From positions 23,612-87,611 of the forward strand of contig MEMB01000007.1 in the NCBI GenBank assembly GCA_001768735.1: a stretch of 64,000 nt of DNA, written 5' to 3'. Positions within the stretch are counted from its first letter, which is position 1. Every line of letters begins with the position of its first letter. The notes beneath the pieces are model-generated. The model ran no database searches. It saw nothing but the letters and a program-made list of their open reading frames with translations, and was not told the DNA's origin. Position numbers and translations under genes: made by a program. Below, in pieces: positions 1 to 9,455 of the stretch. This DNA is from Alphaproteobacteria bacterium GWF2_58_20 (lineage in GTDB: Bacteria > Pseudomonadota > Alphaproteobacteria > UBA1247).

Positions 1-2
1 GC

Positions 3-224
3 CAGCCGGTGTCGAAGGAAACTTTCCTGCGCCAGCAGGTGGCCCAGGCCGAGGCGGAACTTTCGCTGATCGACCAGGAAGGGCAGATTGTCGGTTACAT
101 GGCGCGTCTGGTGGCGCTTGATGCCATGGCGCTTTCGGAAGCCGTGGCGGGGGAAGACCTGCCGGAAAACCTTGAGGGGATGGATGGGCTGGCGGATGCC
201 GTGAGCCTGTTTGTGCCGGAATGA
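3..224 (+). CDS. 3' end of a hypothetical protein, probably starting before the window
   Basis: The frame is open from the window edge to TGA at 224, and the next gene starts 2 nt later, as in an operon. Confidence 0.5.
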   Translation, partial: QPVSKETFLRQQVAQAEAELSLIDQEGQIVGYMARLVALDAMALSEAVAGEDLPENLEGMDGLADAVSLFVPE

Positions 225-225
225 G

Positions 226-624
226 ATGGGGAAGAAAATGACAATGCGGAAAACCGTCCTGATGGCTTGCCTTGGAATAACGTTCCTGGCCAGTCCTGCC
301 TTTGCGGGCAGTGTGGAAAATCTTGAGCGTGAGCGGGCAGAGCTGGTGGCAACCATGCTGGATCCCGGCCTTTCGGCTGCCGAAAGGCAGGAGACGCTTG
401 CGGCGGGTGCGCGACGCCTGGTGGATTTTGAGCGCATGGTGCTGCGTGACCGTACCCTGCCTGGGCGTGAAACCCCGGCGGTGAAGATGGCTTTTGCCAA
501 TGATGACCTGACGTTCCTTGTGCTGGCTTCCGGCGAAAAAGGCTTGTGGATTGTCGATCACTGGCTGGACCATATGGGGCTCTCGAGCGCCTCGCTGGAA
601 ACCGCGCGCCGGGGGCGGAGATGA
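226..624 (+). CDS. Conserved hypothetical exported protein
   Basis: Signal peptide MRKTVLMACLGITFLASPAFA; its stop overlaps the next ATG (ATGA, 621-624). Confidence 0.7.
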   Translation: MGKKMTMRKTVLMACLGITFLASPAFAGSVENLERERAELVATMLDPGLSAAERQETLAAGARRLVDFERMVLRDRTLPGRETPAVKMAFANDDLTFLVLASGEKGLWIVDHWLDHMGLSSASLETARRGRR

Positions 625-1142
625 AAGGCCTTCCGGGCTTTGCATCTTCCGGTCTTGCCTTGTCCATCTTGCGGGGGGGAAGCGCCCTTCTGGGAGGCGT
701 TGTCCTTGCCCTGGCGCTGGCCTCAGCGCTTTCCGGGCAGGGGCCGGATGCGGTGCTGCGTTGGGCGTTCGACATTCTGGGGGGTGGGTTCATTGTCCTT
801 TTGTTGACGTTGTCGCTGGTGGCGCTGACCGCATGGGCGCGTCCATCAGGGGCCGCCGATGCCCGCTGGTGGGCGGAAGCCGGCATGCAGGCCACAAATG
901 GCATTGCCGCCCTGGCGCTGACCTATACCCTGCTTGGCATCAGCCTTGGGATTGAAAGCCTGGCAGGCCAGCCGCTGGATGCCCATTCGGCCCCCGTCCT
1001 CATCATGGACCTCACACGCCGTTTCAGCATGGCTTTCATGACCACTGTCATTGGCTTGCCCTTGTCCACCTTGTTGCGGTCGATGCTGCTGGTGAGTGCC
1101 GCCCGCTCGAAACCTGTATCAAAAATGGGAGATCCCTCATGA
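621..1142 (+). CDS. MotA/TolQ/ExbB proton-channel family membrane protein
   Basis: Several TM segments with the ExbB/TolQ-like signatures ALTYTLLGISLGI and FSMAFMTTVIGL; ATGA coupling at both ends. Confidence 0.65.
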   Translation: MKGLPGFASSGLALSILRGGSALLGGVVLALALASALSGQGPDAVLRWAFDILGGGFIVLLLTLSLVALTAWARPSGAADARWWAEAGMQATNGIAALALTYTLLGISLGIESLAGQPLDAHSAPVLIMDLTRRFSMAFMTTVIGLPLSTLLRSMLLVSAARSKPVSKMGDPS

Positions 1143-1795
1143 AATTCCTTGTCTTCAATCTCGCGGTCATCGCTGCTCTGGCCTATCTGGTGATGGCACA
1201 CGGGCCCGGATTTCCGGGGCTGGTGCAAACGGCGCAGGAGGCGGTTGCCGCTGTCCAGCCGTCCATGCCTGCCGGGGAAACGGCGGCCAAAAGGGAAAAC
1301 GATTCCCCCATGCCGGAGCAGGACGCGGAAGGGGAAGCATCCGGTTCCCGCATGGCGCGATTGGAAGAGGCCATGGCGTCTCTTGCCAGAACACAGCAGG
1401 AGCTTGCCGTGGCCATGGAAAAGCTGGCCCGGTTGCCTGAAGCCGCATCCTTTCCTGTTGAAATGCCTGCCCGTGTGGCGGATATGCCTCCCCCTGCCCT
1501 TGCCGGGGCGGACGTGGAAAACCCGGAAACTTCAATGGCTGAATCCTTGCCCGTGGGGTTGGACCTCTCCGGGCCGCGTTCCCTGCTGCCTTCTTCCGCG
1601 CAGCTTTCTCCCCCCGCGCTTCCCATGCTGATGGATGCCTTGCCTGTGTCGCCGGTGGTTGTTGCCGATGACATGGATTTTGGGTTTGCTGACAAGGAGG
1701 ATGCTCCGGGTCTTTCTGTCCGTGATCGGCAGGTGGCGCTGGGCGCGATGGCTGAAGACATGGAAATGCTTTACGCCCGCAAACTTGGGGAGTGA
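1139..1795 (+). CDS. Hypothetical single-TM protein with a coiled coil and an acidic/Pro-rich periplasmic part
   Basis: N-terminal TM MKFLVFNLAVIAALAYLV; ATGA overlap with the upstream gene. Confidence 0.6.
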   Translation: MKFLVFNLAVIAALAYLVMAHGPGFPGLVQTAQEAVAAVQPSMPAGETAAKRENDSPMPEQDAEGEASGSRMARLEEAMASLARTQQELAVAMEKLARLPEAASFPVEMPARVADMPPPALAGADVENPETSMAESLPVGLDLSGPRSLLPSSAQLSPPALPMLMDALPVSPVVVADDMDFGFADKEDAPGLSVRDRQVALGAMAEDMEMLYARKLGE

Positions 1796-1802
1796 GGCGG
1801 CC

Positions 1803-2783
1803 ATGGCAGGATGGCGCACGCCTGACAGGGTGTCGGTGGGTGTCTCCCTCCTGCTGGGGGGCATCGCCTGTGGCGCTTTGGTCCTGCAGGTTCCATCCCC
1901 TGAAAAAACGATGCCGGACGTGCCTGCAGAAAGGGAAATATTCCGGCCCGCGCCGCCCCTGCTTGCGCAGGAGGGGGTGCAAGCGGACGTGTTGCGCTTG
2001 CCTCCACCGCCGGAACGGAGCTTGCCACCGCCTGATGCTCCATCTGTCCTTTCTCCTGCGGTCTTTCCTGTGAAGGTTGCTGCGCCCCCCTTGCCAAAAG
2101 GGAAGGAGATTGCAAAACGGCGTCCGTCCGTCTTGCCTCCCCAAGAAAAGCCGGCATCCCCGCCTTCCCTGCCTGTCCATTCCCTTCCGCGTCCGGAAAG
2201 GAACATGAGGCCCGATCCGGCCCCTGTTTCACCGCCTGTTCCGGAGATCGACCTGGCCCGGACAGCGGCGCCCGAGGTGGTGTCCATGGCGGCGGAGGGA
2301 CGTGTCCTCCTGCGGTTGCTGGAACAGGATGCGGGGCCGGAGGTGGAGATTGCCTGGCCCGATGATGCTGGCGCGCGTGAACGGCTGTACCAGATGCTGG
2401 CCGGGCGGATGGGCATGCGGTCCGGTCTGCTCGATGTGACCACCGGAATTTTTTATGATGCCAAGGGAAGTGGCCCGCTTGACCTTGACCGTTACAGCCG
2501 GTTTGTCCGCTATCCGGAAGGGGCGGGAATTGTGGGCGAACAGCAAGCCTTGCGCATGGTCCGTGCGCAGGGGGGCGCGGGCATGGCCCAGCCTGTGCGG
2601 GTGTTTCCGCGTGCGGCGGATGCACTCCTGCTGGGGGGGCTTGCCCGTTTGGTGGGGAAAGGTTTCGGGCGGGCGCAGGTCTTGCGTGCCCGTTATCGTT
2701 TTTCACCGGAAGGGGTGCTGGTGGGGGATATTGTGGCTGATGGGCGTTCCGTGCCCGGGAATATCCGCCTCATCCGTCCATAA
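1803..2783 (+). CDS. Hypothetical TonB/TolA-like protein: N-terminal TM, Pro-rich linker, globular C-terminal domain
   Basis: GAGG RBS before ATG 1803; TM VSVGVSLLLGGIACGALVL; long PPP-rich segment. Confidence 0.6.
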   Translation: MAGWRTPDRVSVGVSLLLGGIACGALVLQVPSPEKTMPDVPAEREIFRPAPPLLAQEGVQADVLRLPPPPERSLPPPDAPSVLSPAVFPVKVAAPPLPKGKEIAKRRPSVLPPQEKPASPPSLPVHSLPRPERNMRPDPAPVSPPVPEIDLARTAAPEVVSMAAEGRVLLRLLEQDAGPEVEIAWPDDAGARERLYQMLAGRMGMRSGLLDVTTGIFYDAKGSGPLDLDRYSRFVRYPEGAGIVGEQQALRMVRAQGGAGMAQPVRVFPRAADALLLGGLARLVGKGFGRAQVLRARYRFSPEGVLVGDIVADGRSVPGNIRLIRP

Positions 2784-2836
2784 AACCGCATGAAGGGCCG
2801 GATGGTTTGGCCCGCATGGCCTTGAGGGAGGTTTTG

Positions 2837-3745
2837 ATGTCCTTGTCCAAACATGTGACCATTCTTGGCGTATTGCTGGCGCTTTCTGCACCTGCCCATG
2901 CCCAGCGCACGGCCTTGGTTGTGTTGTCTGGCCCGCAGGAAGAAGCGCTTGCGCGGGCGGAACGCATCCAGGCGGTTTTGCTGGATGAGCGGCCATTTGA
3001 CCAGGTGGATGTGAAACTCGATGTTGAACCGGCGGAGACGGGTGAGGTCCTTGCGGCTTTTCTTTCCGCGCCCGGAGAGTCCGATGATTTTCGCATGGCC
3101 CTTGTGCTGGCACCGGAAGCGGGGCTCTGTCAGGGGGATGATGTTGCGCCAGTGGTTTCGGCGGTTCCCTCCCTTGTGCTGGCACCGGAATGCCTTGTGG
3201 ATCGCATGGCCTTTCCCGCATCGCCCGCGGTGTATGACATGGATCCCAGCGGTCTTTCGCGCGACCTTTCCGGCGATCCGTGGTCGGGCGAACTTTTTGC
3301 TGGCGACATGGCCTTTCTTGCCATTCCTTTTGCGCAGGACATTCTTGCGCCGGAAGTGGAAGGGCTGCTGCTCCAGATGCTGGCTGCGGGCGGCGATGTC
3401 TCTCCGCTGGGCCTTTTGGAGATGTTCCGGTTGGGCCTTTCCGGGGATGGCAGTGATTTTACCCCTGTCCTTTATGCCACCCGCGATCTTGTCGCGCGCA
3501 CGGTGATCCTGTCCGGAAGCCCTGGAATCGGAGAAGATTTCCGGCAACGCAGACAGGTCTGGCCGCAGGTATTGTCCCTGGATGTCTATGCCGCGCCCAG
3601 TCTGGCAGAAGGGGCGGTAGCCCAGCTTCATGGAGGGTACAGGATAGAGCCCCTGCGCCGCGACCATAGTGGCCGCATGGTATATGTCCGTACCTTTTCC
3701 GGCCATTATGGCTGGGTGCGCGTGAGGGATCTTGGGCGTTCCTGA
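2837..3745 (+). CDS. Exported protein, possibly a degenerate caspase-like fold plus a C-terminal SH3-like domain
   Basis: GGAGG RBS; signal peptide ending AHA; C-terminal GRMVYVRTFSGHYGWVRVRDL resembles SH3b. Confidence 0.55.
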   Translation: MSLSKHVTILGVLLALSAPAHAQRTALVVLSGPQEEALARAERIQAVLLDERPFDQVDVKLDVEPAETGEVLAAFLSAPGESDDFRMALVLAPEAGLCQGDDVAPVVSAVPSLVLAPECLVDRMAFPASPAVYDMDPSGLSRDLSGDPWSGELFAGDMAFLAIPFAQDILAPEVEGLLLQMLAAGGDVSPLGLLEMFRLGLSGDGSDFTPVLYATRDLVARTVILSGSPGIGEDFRQRRQVWPQVLSLDVYAAPSLAEGAVAQLHGGYRIEPLRRDHSGRMVYVRTFSGHYGWVRVRDLGRS

Positions 3746-3831
3746 CGGGGATTCATAATTCCCTTGTATGAAGGTATGAAATGGTCATATGCTGGTTTAT
3801 GACGGTTTCATAGCCATGACAGGGGGGAAAG

Positions 3832-4305
3832 ATGCAAGACCTGCTTGGAAGATATATTGGATTTGTGCTGAGCGATGTTGCGCGGTTGCTGAAGCATGAT
3901 TTTGACAGGTATGCCGCAGACCTTGGCGTGACCCGGGCGCAGTTCCGGGTTCTTGTTTGCCTGTGGTTTCAGGACGGGGTGCGGCAAAAGGAACTGGCCG
4001 ACATTCTGGAGATTTCCCCGATGACCCTTGCGCGCCTGCTGGACAGGCTGGAAACCTGGAAATGGGTTGAACGCAGGCCTGATCCTGGTGACCGCAGGGT
4101 GCGGCGGGTTCATCTCGTGGGCGATCATCCTGAATTGCGTGGCAAGATGCTCTTTTTTGCGGAAAACATCCAGGCCAAGGTTTTTGGCGGAATTTCCGAG
4201 ACGGAAAAGGAAAACATGTTTGATGTGCTTCAGCGCATGCGGGCCAATCTGGGAAATCCGGGCCTGATGCCGGACAGCATGTGTGGGGCGCGGCTTAGCG
4301 CCTGA
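3832..4305 (+). CDS. MarR family transcriptional regulator
   Basis: LGVTRAQFRVL...QKELADILEISPMTLARLLDRLE...VERRPDPGDRRVRRVHL wHTH signature. Confidence 0.92.
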   Translation: MQDLLGRYIGFVLSDVARLLKHDFDRYAADLGVTRAQFRVLVCLWFQDGVRQKELADILEISPMTLARLLDRLETWKWVERRPDPGDRRVRRVHLVGDHPELRGKMLFFAENIQAKVFGGISETEKENMFDVLQRMRANLGNPGLMPDSMCGARLSA

Positions 4306-5185
4306 GGAAAATGAAATCTCCACCATCATGCCCGGCTGCGGGAATGTTGGCATATTCAGGCTCTTGGCCTGCCGTGTCCATCCTGCCTGTGGCGGAGAGG
4401 TAGAGCTGGGTTCCGGTGAGAGGCCCACGGCCCTGCTGCCCGAGGGTTTCCAGAAGCGCTGAAGCAAAGACGGAATGTCCGCCCCGGCCATCGCTGACAG
4501 GTTCAAGGCCGCCAGAGGTGAGGGCAATGCGGGAGCGCTGGCGCAGTTTCTGCCCCAGGATTCCGGAAATGTCCGCAGGGTCATCTTTCACGGTCCGGGT
4601 CATGGTGCCCGCATAACAGCTATCCGAGATGACCAGGATCTTGCGGGCCGCACTCTGTTCCAGCAGGGCGGTAATGTCTGAAATGGAAATCCAGCTTTCC
4701 GGGGAATCCGCATGGGAATCGCGGGGCAGCCAGTAGCCTCCCCCGTGATCCCGTATGCCATGCCCCGCATAGTAGATGACCAGATTGTCGCTGGCTCCGG
4801 CGCTGGCGGAGAATTTCCGCAAGGCTGTCATCATCTCCTGCCGTCCGGGATCCGTAAGCAGGCGGGTTTCAAATCCATAATCCTTTTCCAGCTGTCGGGC
4901 CACCGCACGCGCATCGTTGCCGGCATTGGCCAGGCGCGGGACAGATGTGTAGGCATCAATGCCAATGGACAGGATGCGGAATGGCCCCAGCTGTTCCGGC
5001 GTCAGCGATGCCGACAGGTCAAAGGCCGGACGGGCGGCAAGGGTTCCATCTTCCCGGCCCGTCTCCCCCGTCTCCTGCCGTCCGCCGCTGCCCATCATGC
5101 CCCCAAGGCTGCCCCACTGGGCGTGCGCTGGCCATGCCACGGCCATCATGAGGAGCAAAAGCGGGACAAGTACGGGCTTTGACAT
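4295..5185 (-). CDS. Secreted caspase-family (peptidase C14) protein
   Basis: Signal peptide ending AHA; IGIDAY...L.NAGNDA; catalytic YYAGHG and ISDSCY; ALTSGGLEPVSDG..GHSVF. Confidence 0.9.
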   Translation of the reverse strand: MSKPVLVPLLLLMMAVAWPAHAQWGSLGGMMGSGGRQETGETGREDGTLAARPAFDLSASLTPEQLGPFRILSIGIDAYTSVPRLANAGNDARAVARQLEKDYGFETRLLTDPGRQEMMTALRKFSASAGASDNLVIYYAGHGIRDHGGGYWLPRDSHADSPESWISISDITALLEQSAARKILVISDSCYAGTMTRTVKDDPADISGILGQKLRQRSRIALTSGGLEPVSDGRGGHSVFASALLETLGQQGRGPLTGTQLYLSATGRMDTAGQEPEYANIPAAGHDGGDFIFLRR

Positions 5186-5205
5186 GATGCGCTTCCTTTC
5201 CGGCC

Positions 5206-6156
5206 TTATTTGCAGCCCGGTGTCCCCTTGATGTAGTCATTCAGGGTGCATTGTTTCTGGGGCGGCGTGGTTGGCTGGGTGGGCTGCACCGGCGGTGGTG
5301 TCGGTTTGTCCGGCTTGGTTGGCTTGTCGGGTTTTGTGGGTTTTTCGGGCGGGGGCGTGACGGTGGTGGTGCCGTTGTCCTGTCCAGCCTGTGAAACAGT
5401 CACCACATCCACTTCCACCTGCGGGGTCTGGACATAGGTCTGCCCCTGCTGGCTGACCCTGATGGGGGTCTTGGCCTGGCTCATGACGCCAATCCAGGTG
5501 GGGTTGTCGCGCGCGCCCTGTTCGTGCAGCGCGCCGAGGAAGTTTATGGTATAGCGGCCACCATTGGTATCGTCGCCCCAGGAGTATTCACCGGGGCTGG
5601 AACCGGAGGCGGCAATGAAGCCCTTGTAACCCAGGAACAGGGTACGGTAGCTGGAGGCCTTGGGCTGGCTGGCCCGCGGAATGGCCCGGTTGCGGCCCTC
5701 ATCGACAAAACTGTTGCAGGAATCGGACGTGGCGATGACGAGGCGCGCGCCCTTTGTCCGCAGCTTTGCCAGAATGTCGGAAAAATCCATGGGCTGGTCC
5801 TTGATGTACATCATGGGCCATTTGGTGGGGGTTTGCTTGGTGCGGTACCCGTGCCCGGAATAGTAGAAAAACAAGACATCGTCCTTGCCTGGACTGGCAT
5901 CGGCAATGGCGCGGGTGATGCCGGCGTTGGTCATCTGGCTTCCCACCAGCTCATTGATGTTGAGGGTCATGCCGGTGGCCTGCGCGATGTTGCGCAGTTC
6001 ATCCTTGATGTTGCCGGCATCAATAGCCACCGAAGTTCCAATGGAAGAGTCACTGGTGTCGGCGATGACGATGGCGTGCAGGCTGGCGGCGTGTGACATG
6101 CCGGACAGGCACAGGGCTACAAGCGCGGAAAGGAGGGGGCGAAGATGTCTGGTCAT
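5206..6156 (-). CDS. Secreted caspase-family (peptidase C14) protein with a Pro/Lys-rich tail
   Basis: Signal peptide; FYYSGHG and TSDSCN dyad motifs; ASGSSPGEYSWG..GGRYT; KPTKPDKPTKPDKPT tail. Confidence 0.88.
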   Translation of the reverse strand: MTRHLRPLLSALVALCLSGMSHAASLHAIVIADTSDSSIGTSVAIDAGNIKDELRNIAQATGMTLNINELVGSQMTNAGITRAIADASPGKDDVLFFYYSGHGYRTKQTPTKWPMMYIKDQPMDFSDILAKLRTKGARLVIATSDSCNSFVDEGRNRAIPRASQPKASSYRTLFLGYKGFIAASGSSPGEYSWGDDTNGGRYTINFLGALHEQGARDNPTWIGVMSQAKTPIRVSQQGQTYVQTPQVEVDVVTVSQAGQDNGTTTVTPPPEKPTKPDKPTKPDKPTPPPVQPTQPTTPPQKQCTLNDYIKGTPGCK

Positions 6157-6168
6157 GTTTAAAACCTG

Positions 6169-6675
6169 TCAGTTCTGGGGGAAAAGTTCATCAAGAAGGG
6201 ATTTCATGGTATCTGCGGCAGGATCAAAATCCTCGATGATCGAGCGGTCTTTGTCTTCAAAACGCCATAGGGCGCAGCCGGGCGCGACAAGGATGGAAAA
6301 GCTTTCCGCATTCCGCGTGAGGCGAAAGCCATATGTGGGCAGGAAAGGGCAGCGTTTGGAAGCGTCGAGGACATAGCTTGTTTCCGAAGATGCCATGAAG
6401 GCAAGCCGGTGGGCCTGTTCCGTGGAAAGGATGGGGCCGGCCTGCAAGACGGTGTGTTCCCCAATTTTCTGTGGGGCATTTTCGTCCATTTCGGCAGATA
6501 TCCTGAAACTTTCTATCCGGTCGGGCGCTTGCAGGATGCCGGAAATTTCCGGGCCAAGCAGCTTTGCGATGCTTGGCGAAAGGGCCGATGGCGCGCCCGC
6601 GCATCCCGGGAGCAGCATGCAGGAAACGAAAAGGCAGCAGAGGGAGGCATGTTTTTTCATGGGAGCATGAACCAC
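6169..6675 (-). CDS. Hypothetical lipoprotein
   Basis: Lipobox-like LLPGC; tightly packed in the minus-strand operon (alternative start 6660). Confidence 0.6.
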   Translation of the reverse strand: MVHAPMKKHASLCCLFVSCMLLPGCAGAPSALSPSIAKLLGPEISGILQAPDRIESFRISAEMDENAPQKIGEHTVLQAGPILSTEQAHRLAFMASSETSYVLDASKRCPFLPTYGFRLTRNAESFSILVAPGCALWRFEDKDRSIIEDFDPAADTMKSLLDELFPQN

Positions 6676-7293
6676 TTAACGGAATTTGATGCCATCGCCG
6701 CCCCGTGTTCCGGTGGCAGCGGGGGAAGCCTGCGGACGGCCCAGATTGGTGATTTCCACGCGGCGGTTGACGCCGGAGGCCGGATTTTCTGGATCCTTGA
6801 GTTTTTCGGATCCCCAGCCGACTGTGGTCAGGCGTTCGGGATCCATGTCAAACGTTTCCACAAGATAGGTCTTGACCGATATGGCGCGCGCCAGCGAGAG
6901 CCGCTTGTTCAGATCGGCCGGGCCTGTGGCGTCGGTGTGGCCGGCGATTTCGATTTTGGCGTTCGCAAGGGTTTCCGAGACCAGTGCCATTCCCAGCTCG
7001 CCCAGCTGGATGGTGGCATCCGGTGACAGTTCGGCCGAGCCGATGCGGAACCGGATGTCGAGATCAATCGCCTGCCGGATGTCCTGTCCGGGCCGGTTGA
7101 TGGGAGCGAGACTGCGGATGATGGTGTTGAGGTCGGCCACGCCCGGCTGGACATTGCGTGGGGTGGTGTCCGCCGGTGGGGTGCGGGTTTGCGTCAGGAA
7201 GCCTTGCGCGTGGGCCGCCGGGCTGGCCAGCAGGCACATCAGGGAAAAGGCAATCATGCGTTTCATGTCAGGTGTCCTTGTGCAAAGGGTCAT
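6676..7293 (-). CDS. OmpA-family peptidoglycan-binding protein
   Basis: IRFRIGSAEL, IEIAGHTDATG...NKRLSLARA and NRRVEI motifs; signal peptide (alternative start 7266). Confidence 0.92.
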   Translation of the reverse strand: MTLCTRTPDMKRMIAFSLMCLLASPAAHAQGFLTQTRTPPADTTPRNVQPGVADLNTIIRSLAPINRPGQDIRQAIDLDIRFRIGSAELSPDATIQLGELGMALVSETLANAKIEIAGHTDATGPADLNKRLSLARAISVKTYLVETFDMDPERLTTVGWGSEKLKDPENPASGVNRRVEITNLGRPQASPAATGTRGGDGIKFR

Positions 7294-8630
7294 GCGTCAT
7301 CGAACAGGTCTTCGGCTTCGTCGGGGGTGACGGTGCCGTCCTGCACGAGGGCGCGCTTTTTCTGTTCGTCGCTGGGCTGCGGAATCTTGTTTTCCTGCAT
7401 GTAGTCGCCCAGCATCGACATCCAGTTGCCGGCCTTTTCAATGTGCGAGGGCAGGCCGGTGAGTCCCAGGTCAAGGACGGTGCCCAGCTTGTCGGCATTC
7501 ATCAGCATTTCGGCAAGGTTGGGGCCCTTCCTGAACATTTTCTGGGCCATGTTGAACGCCTTGATGTCGGCATTGACGGCAAGGCCGACCCGGATCCACG
7601 AATTGACCATCTGCACGCCCCCCCTTTCAGCGGGAACCTGCGCAAGGTCCTCACGGCTGATGGTGGACTGGTCGATGACCGCAAAGGCCTTCTTGTAATC
7701 CTCGGAGGTGGCTGTGCCGGTTTCTCCGCCGCGCTTGAGCGATGCGGCCTGCGCCATGATCTGCTCGGCCAGTTCCTTGTTGCCGGTGGCCGCCTGCATG
7801 TTGGCCAGTGCCTTGAGCAGGTTGACCGTGCCGATGTTCATGTTGCGGATGAAGGCATCCGACTGGCCGCTGAAGGTCTGCGGAGCGCTGTCATCCTCGG
7901 TGAAGGCAGAAAACAGGGAGCCAAAGGCCAGGCCGTCATCTGCGGTGTTTGTGTCGCGGGCATCGTCCTGAGGGGCTGTCATGCTCCCCAGAAACGCCGC
8001 AAAGGGGTTGAAGTCACTGGAAGGGGCTGACGATCGCGATGGCATGGGCGCGTTGCGTCCGGTGCCCCTGCCGGATGTCATGGTGATGGGTTCGGATATA
8101 TGGAACTTGTCCTTGGGGGCCCAGCATTCGTTGGCGGAGATGCGTGTGCCACAATCTATCTGGTACCAGTCGCCCTGTTCCGCCACAATGTTTACGGCAT
8201 CGCCGCCGCGCAGGTCGCCTACACGTCCGCTGCCGGGCTTGTTCATCACCATCACGCTGCTGCGGGCCTTGCCGCGCAGGTTGATGTTTTTTGATGCCTG
8301 TATTTTTGGCTGGCTGAGGAGTTCACTGCTGATCCAGCCGGTTTTTCCGGAATCGAGGCAGTTGACCTGCGTCCAGCCCTTTTTCTGTCCAAGGACCGTG
8401 ACTCTCGCGCCAGCGGGAAGAATGGCAATGGCCGCATTTTCACGCCCCGGGCCGCTCCGCAGGTTGGAGGCCTTGGCAACGGTTGTGCCGGAGGCGGCAG
8501 TGCTGTTGCCAAAGTCCCCAAAGCTGGAAAGGGAGAACTGTTCATTCATTTCAGGCGTACAGGCCGCCAGAAAGCCAAGGGCGAGGAGGGCAAGAATGCG
8601 TTGCGTGTTTTTCATTGTCTGGAACCTCAC
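7290..8630 (-). CDS. SH3-domain lipoprotein (two SH3b domains) with a helical C-terminal domain
   Basis: Lipobox FLAAC; NLRSGPG...GWTQV...TGWISSELL and a second SH3-like unit (GDWYQI...WAPK). Confidence 0.8.
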   Translation of the reverse strand: MRFQTMKNTQRILALLALGFLAACTPEMNEQFSLSSFGDFGNSTAASGTTVAKASNLRSGPGRENAAIAILPAGARVTVLGQKKGWTQVNCLDSGKTGWISSELLSQPKIQASKNINLRGKARSSVMVMNKPGSGRVGDLRGGDAVNIVAEQGDWYQIDCGTRISANECWAPKDKFHISEPITMTSGRGTGRNAPMPSRSSAPSSDFNPFAAFLGSMTAPQDDARDTNTADDGLAFGSLFSAFTEDDSAPQTFSGQSDAFIRNMNIGTVNLLKALANMQAATGNKELAEQIMAQAASLKRGGETGTATSEDYKKAFAVIDQSTISREDLAQVPAERGGVQMVNSWIRVGLAVNADIKAFNMAQKMFRKGPNLAEMLMNADKLGTVLDLGLTGLPSHIEKAGNWMSMLGDYMQENKIPQPSDEQKKRALVQDGTVTPDEAEDLFDDA

Positions 8631-9448
8631 AGGGCGTTGGCCTTGGCATAGGAGACAAGGCTGGTGTTGACTTTCTGCAGGAAACGCTGGGATGCCTCGG
8701 TGATGAGCCTGGTTTCCAGCTCGCGTTCAAGAATGTCGGGATTGGTTCCCGGAATGGAGGATGAAACAGAGACAACCTCGGAAGCAAGGGTTTTCTCCGT
8801 GGCGATATCCGTTTCAAGGAACAGAAGTTCAAAGGCGATGTCAAGTCCGCCTTCCTGTTTTTTTGTGAACTTGTTGTACTTGAAACCGACAAAATCCACG
8901 GCATTGACGGTAATGACAAAGCCGCGCGGCATGTTGGCCCTCGGGTCAAGGACAGTCAGGCTGTGGCCATAGGTTTCAAAATCGCGGCGCATGGTGGCAA
9001 TGAGCTTTTCATGCCGGGTGTCGCCGGGGGAACGGACCTGGAGGGAGAAGATTTCGTGCAGGCCGGTATCTTCCTTGATCATGCCCATGAGTTTGCGCAC
9101 ATCGGCGTCAATGGCGGCAAACTTGATCTCGGCGCTCACCACGCAGCGGAAGCCAATCACCTTTTTTTCCTTGCAGTTCATGTCGAAATCCGACGTGAAA
9201 TAGCGATCCCTTATGGTTTCGGGATCCCTGGCATACTTGGCCATGAAGCTGTCGCCAATGTCGCCAGCGGCCTGGTCGCCCGCTGCGGTTTCAATGGCCT
9301 GGACCAGAAGGTCCCTGAAGGCATTGTCGAGCGCCTGCTCTTCGGTTTTCCCGGTGGCAACGGTTTCCACCATTTCGGTCTTGCTTGTCTGTGCCAGGGC
9401 CGGAAAGGCGGAGGCCAGGATCATCAGGACGGCAAAAAAGCTTTTCAT
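8627..9448 (-). CDS. Hypothetical exported protein (N-terminus resembles the FlgT-N/LPP20-like 'G.t.eqAl.nA' module)
   Basis: Signal peptide MKSFFAVLMILASAFPALA; VATGKTEEQALDNAFRDLLVQAIE. Confidence 0.65.
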   Translation of the reverse strand: MKSFFAVLMILASAFPALAQTSKTEMVETVATGKTEEQALDNAFRDLLVQAIETAAGDQAAGDIGDSFMAKYARDPETIRDRYFTSDFDMNCKEKKVIGFRCVVSAEIKFAAIDADVRKLMGMIKEDTGLHEIFSLQVRSPGDTRHEKLIATMRRDFETYGHSLTVLDPRANMPRGFVITVNAVDFVGFKYNKFTKKQEGGLDIAFELLFLETDIATEKTLASEVVSVSSSIPGTNPDILERELETRLITEASQRFLQKVNTSLVSYAKANAL

Positions 9449-9455
9449 GGGGACC

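Noticed and set aside
5250..5360. Short repeats encoding KPTKPD/QPT in the caspase tail as a separate repeat element
   Set aside because: This is an ordinary low-complexity Pro-rich linker within the CDS.
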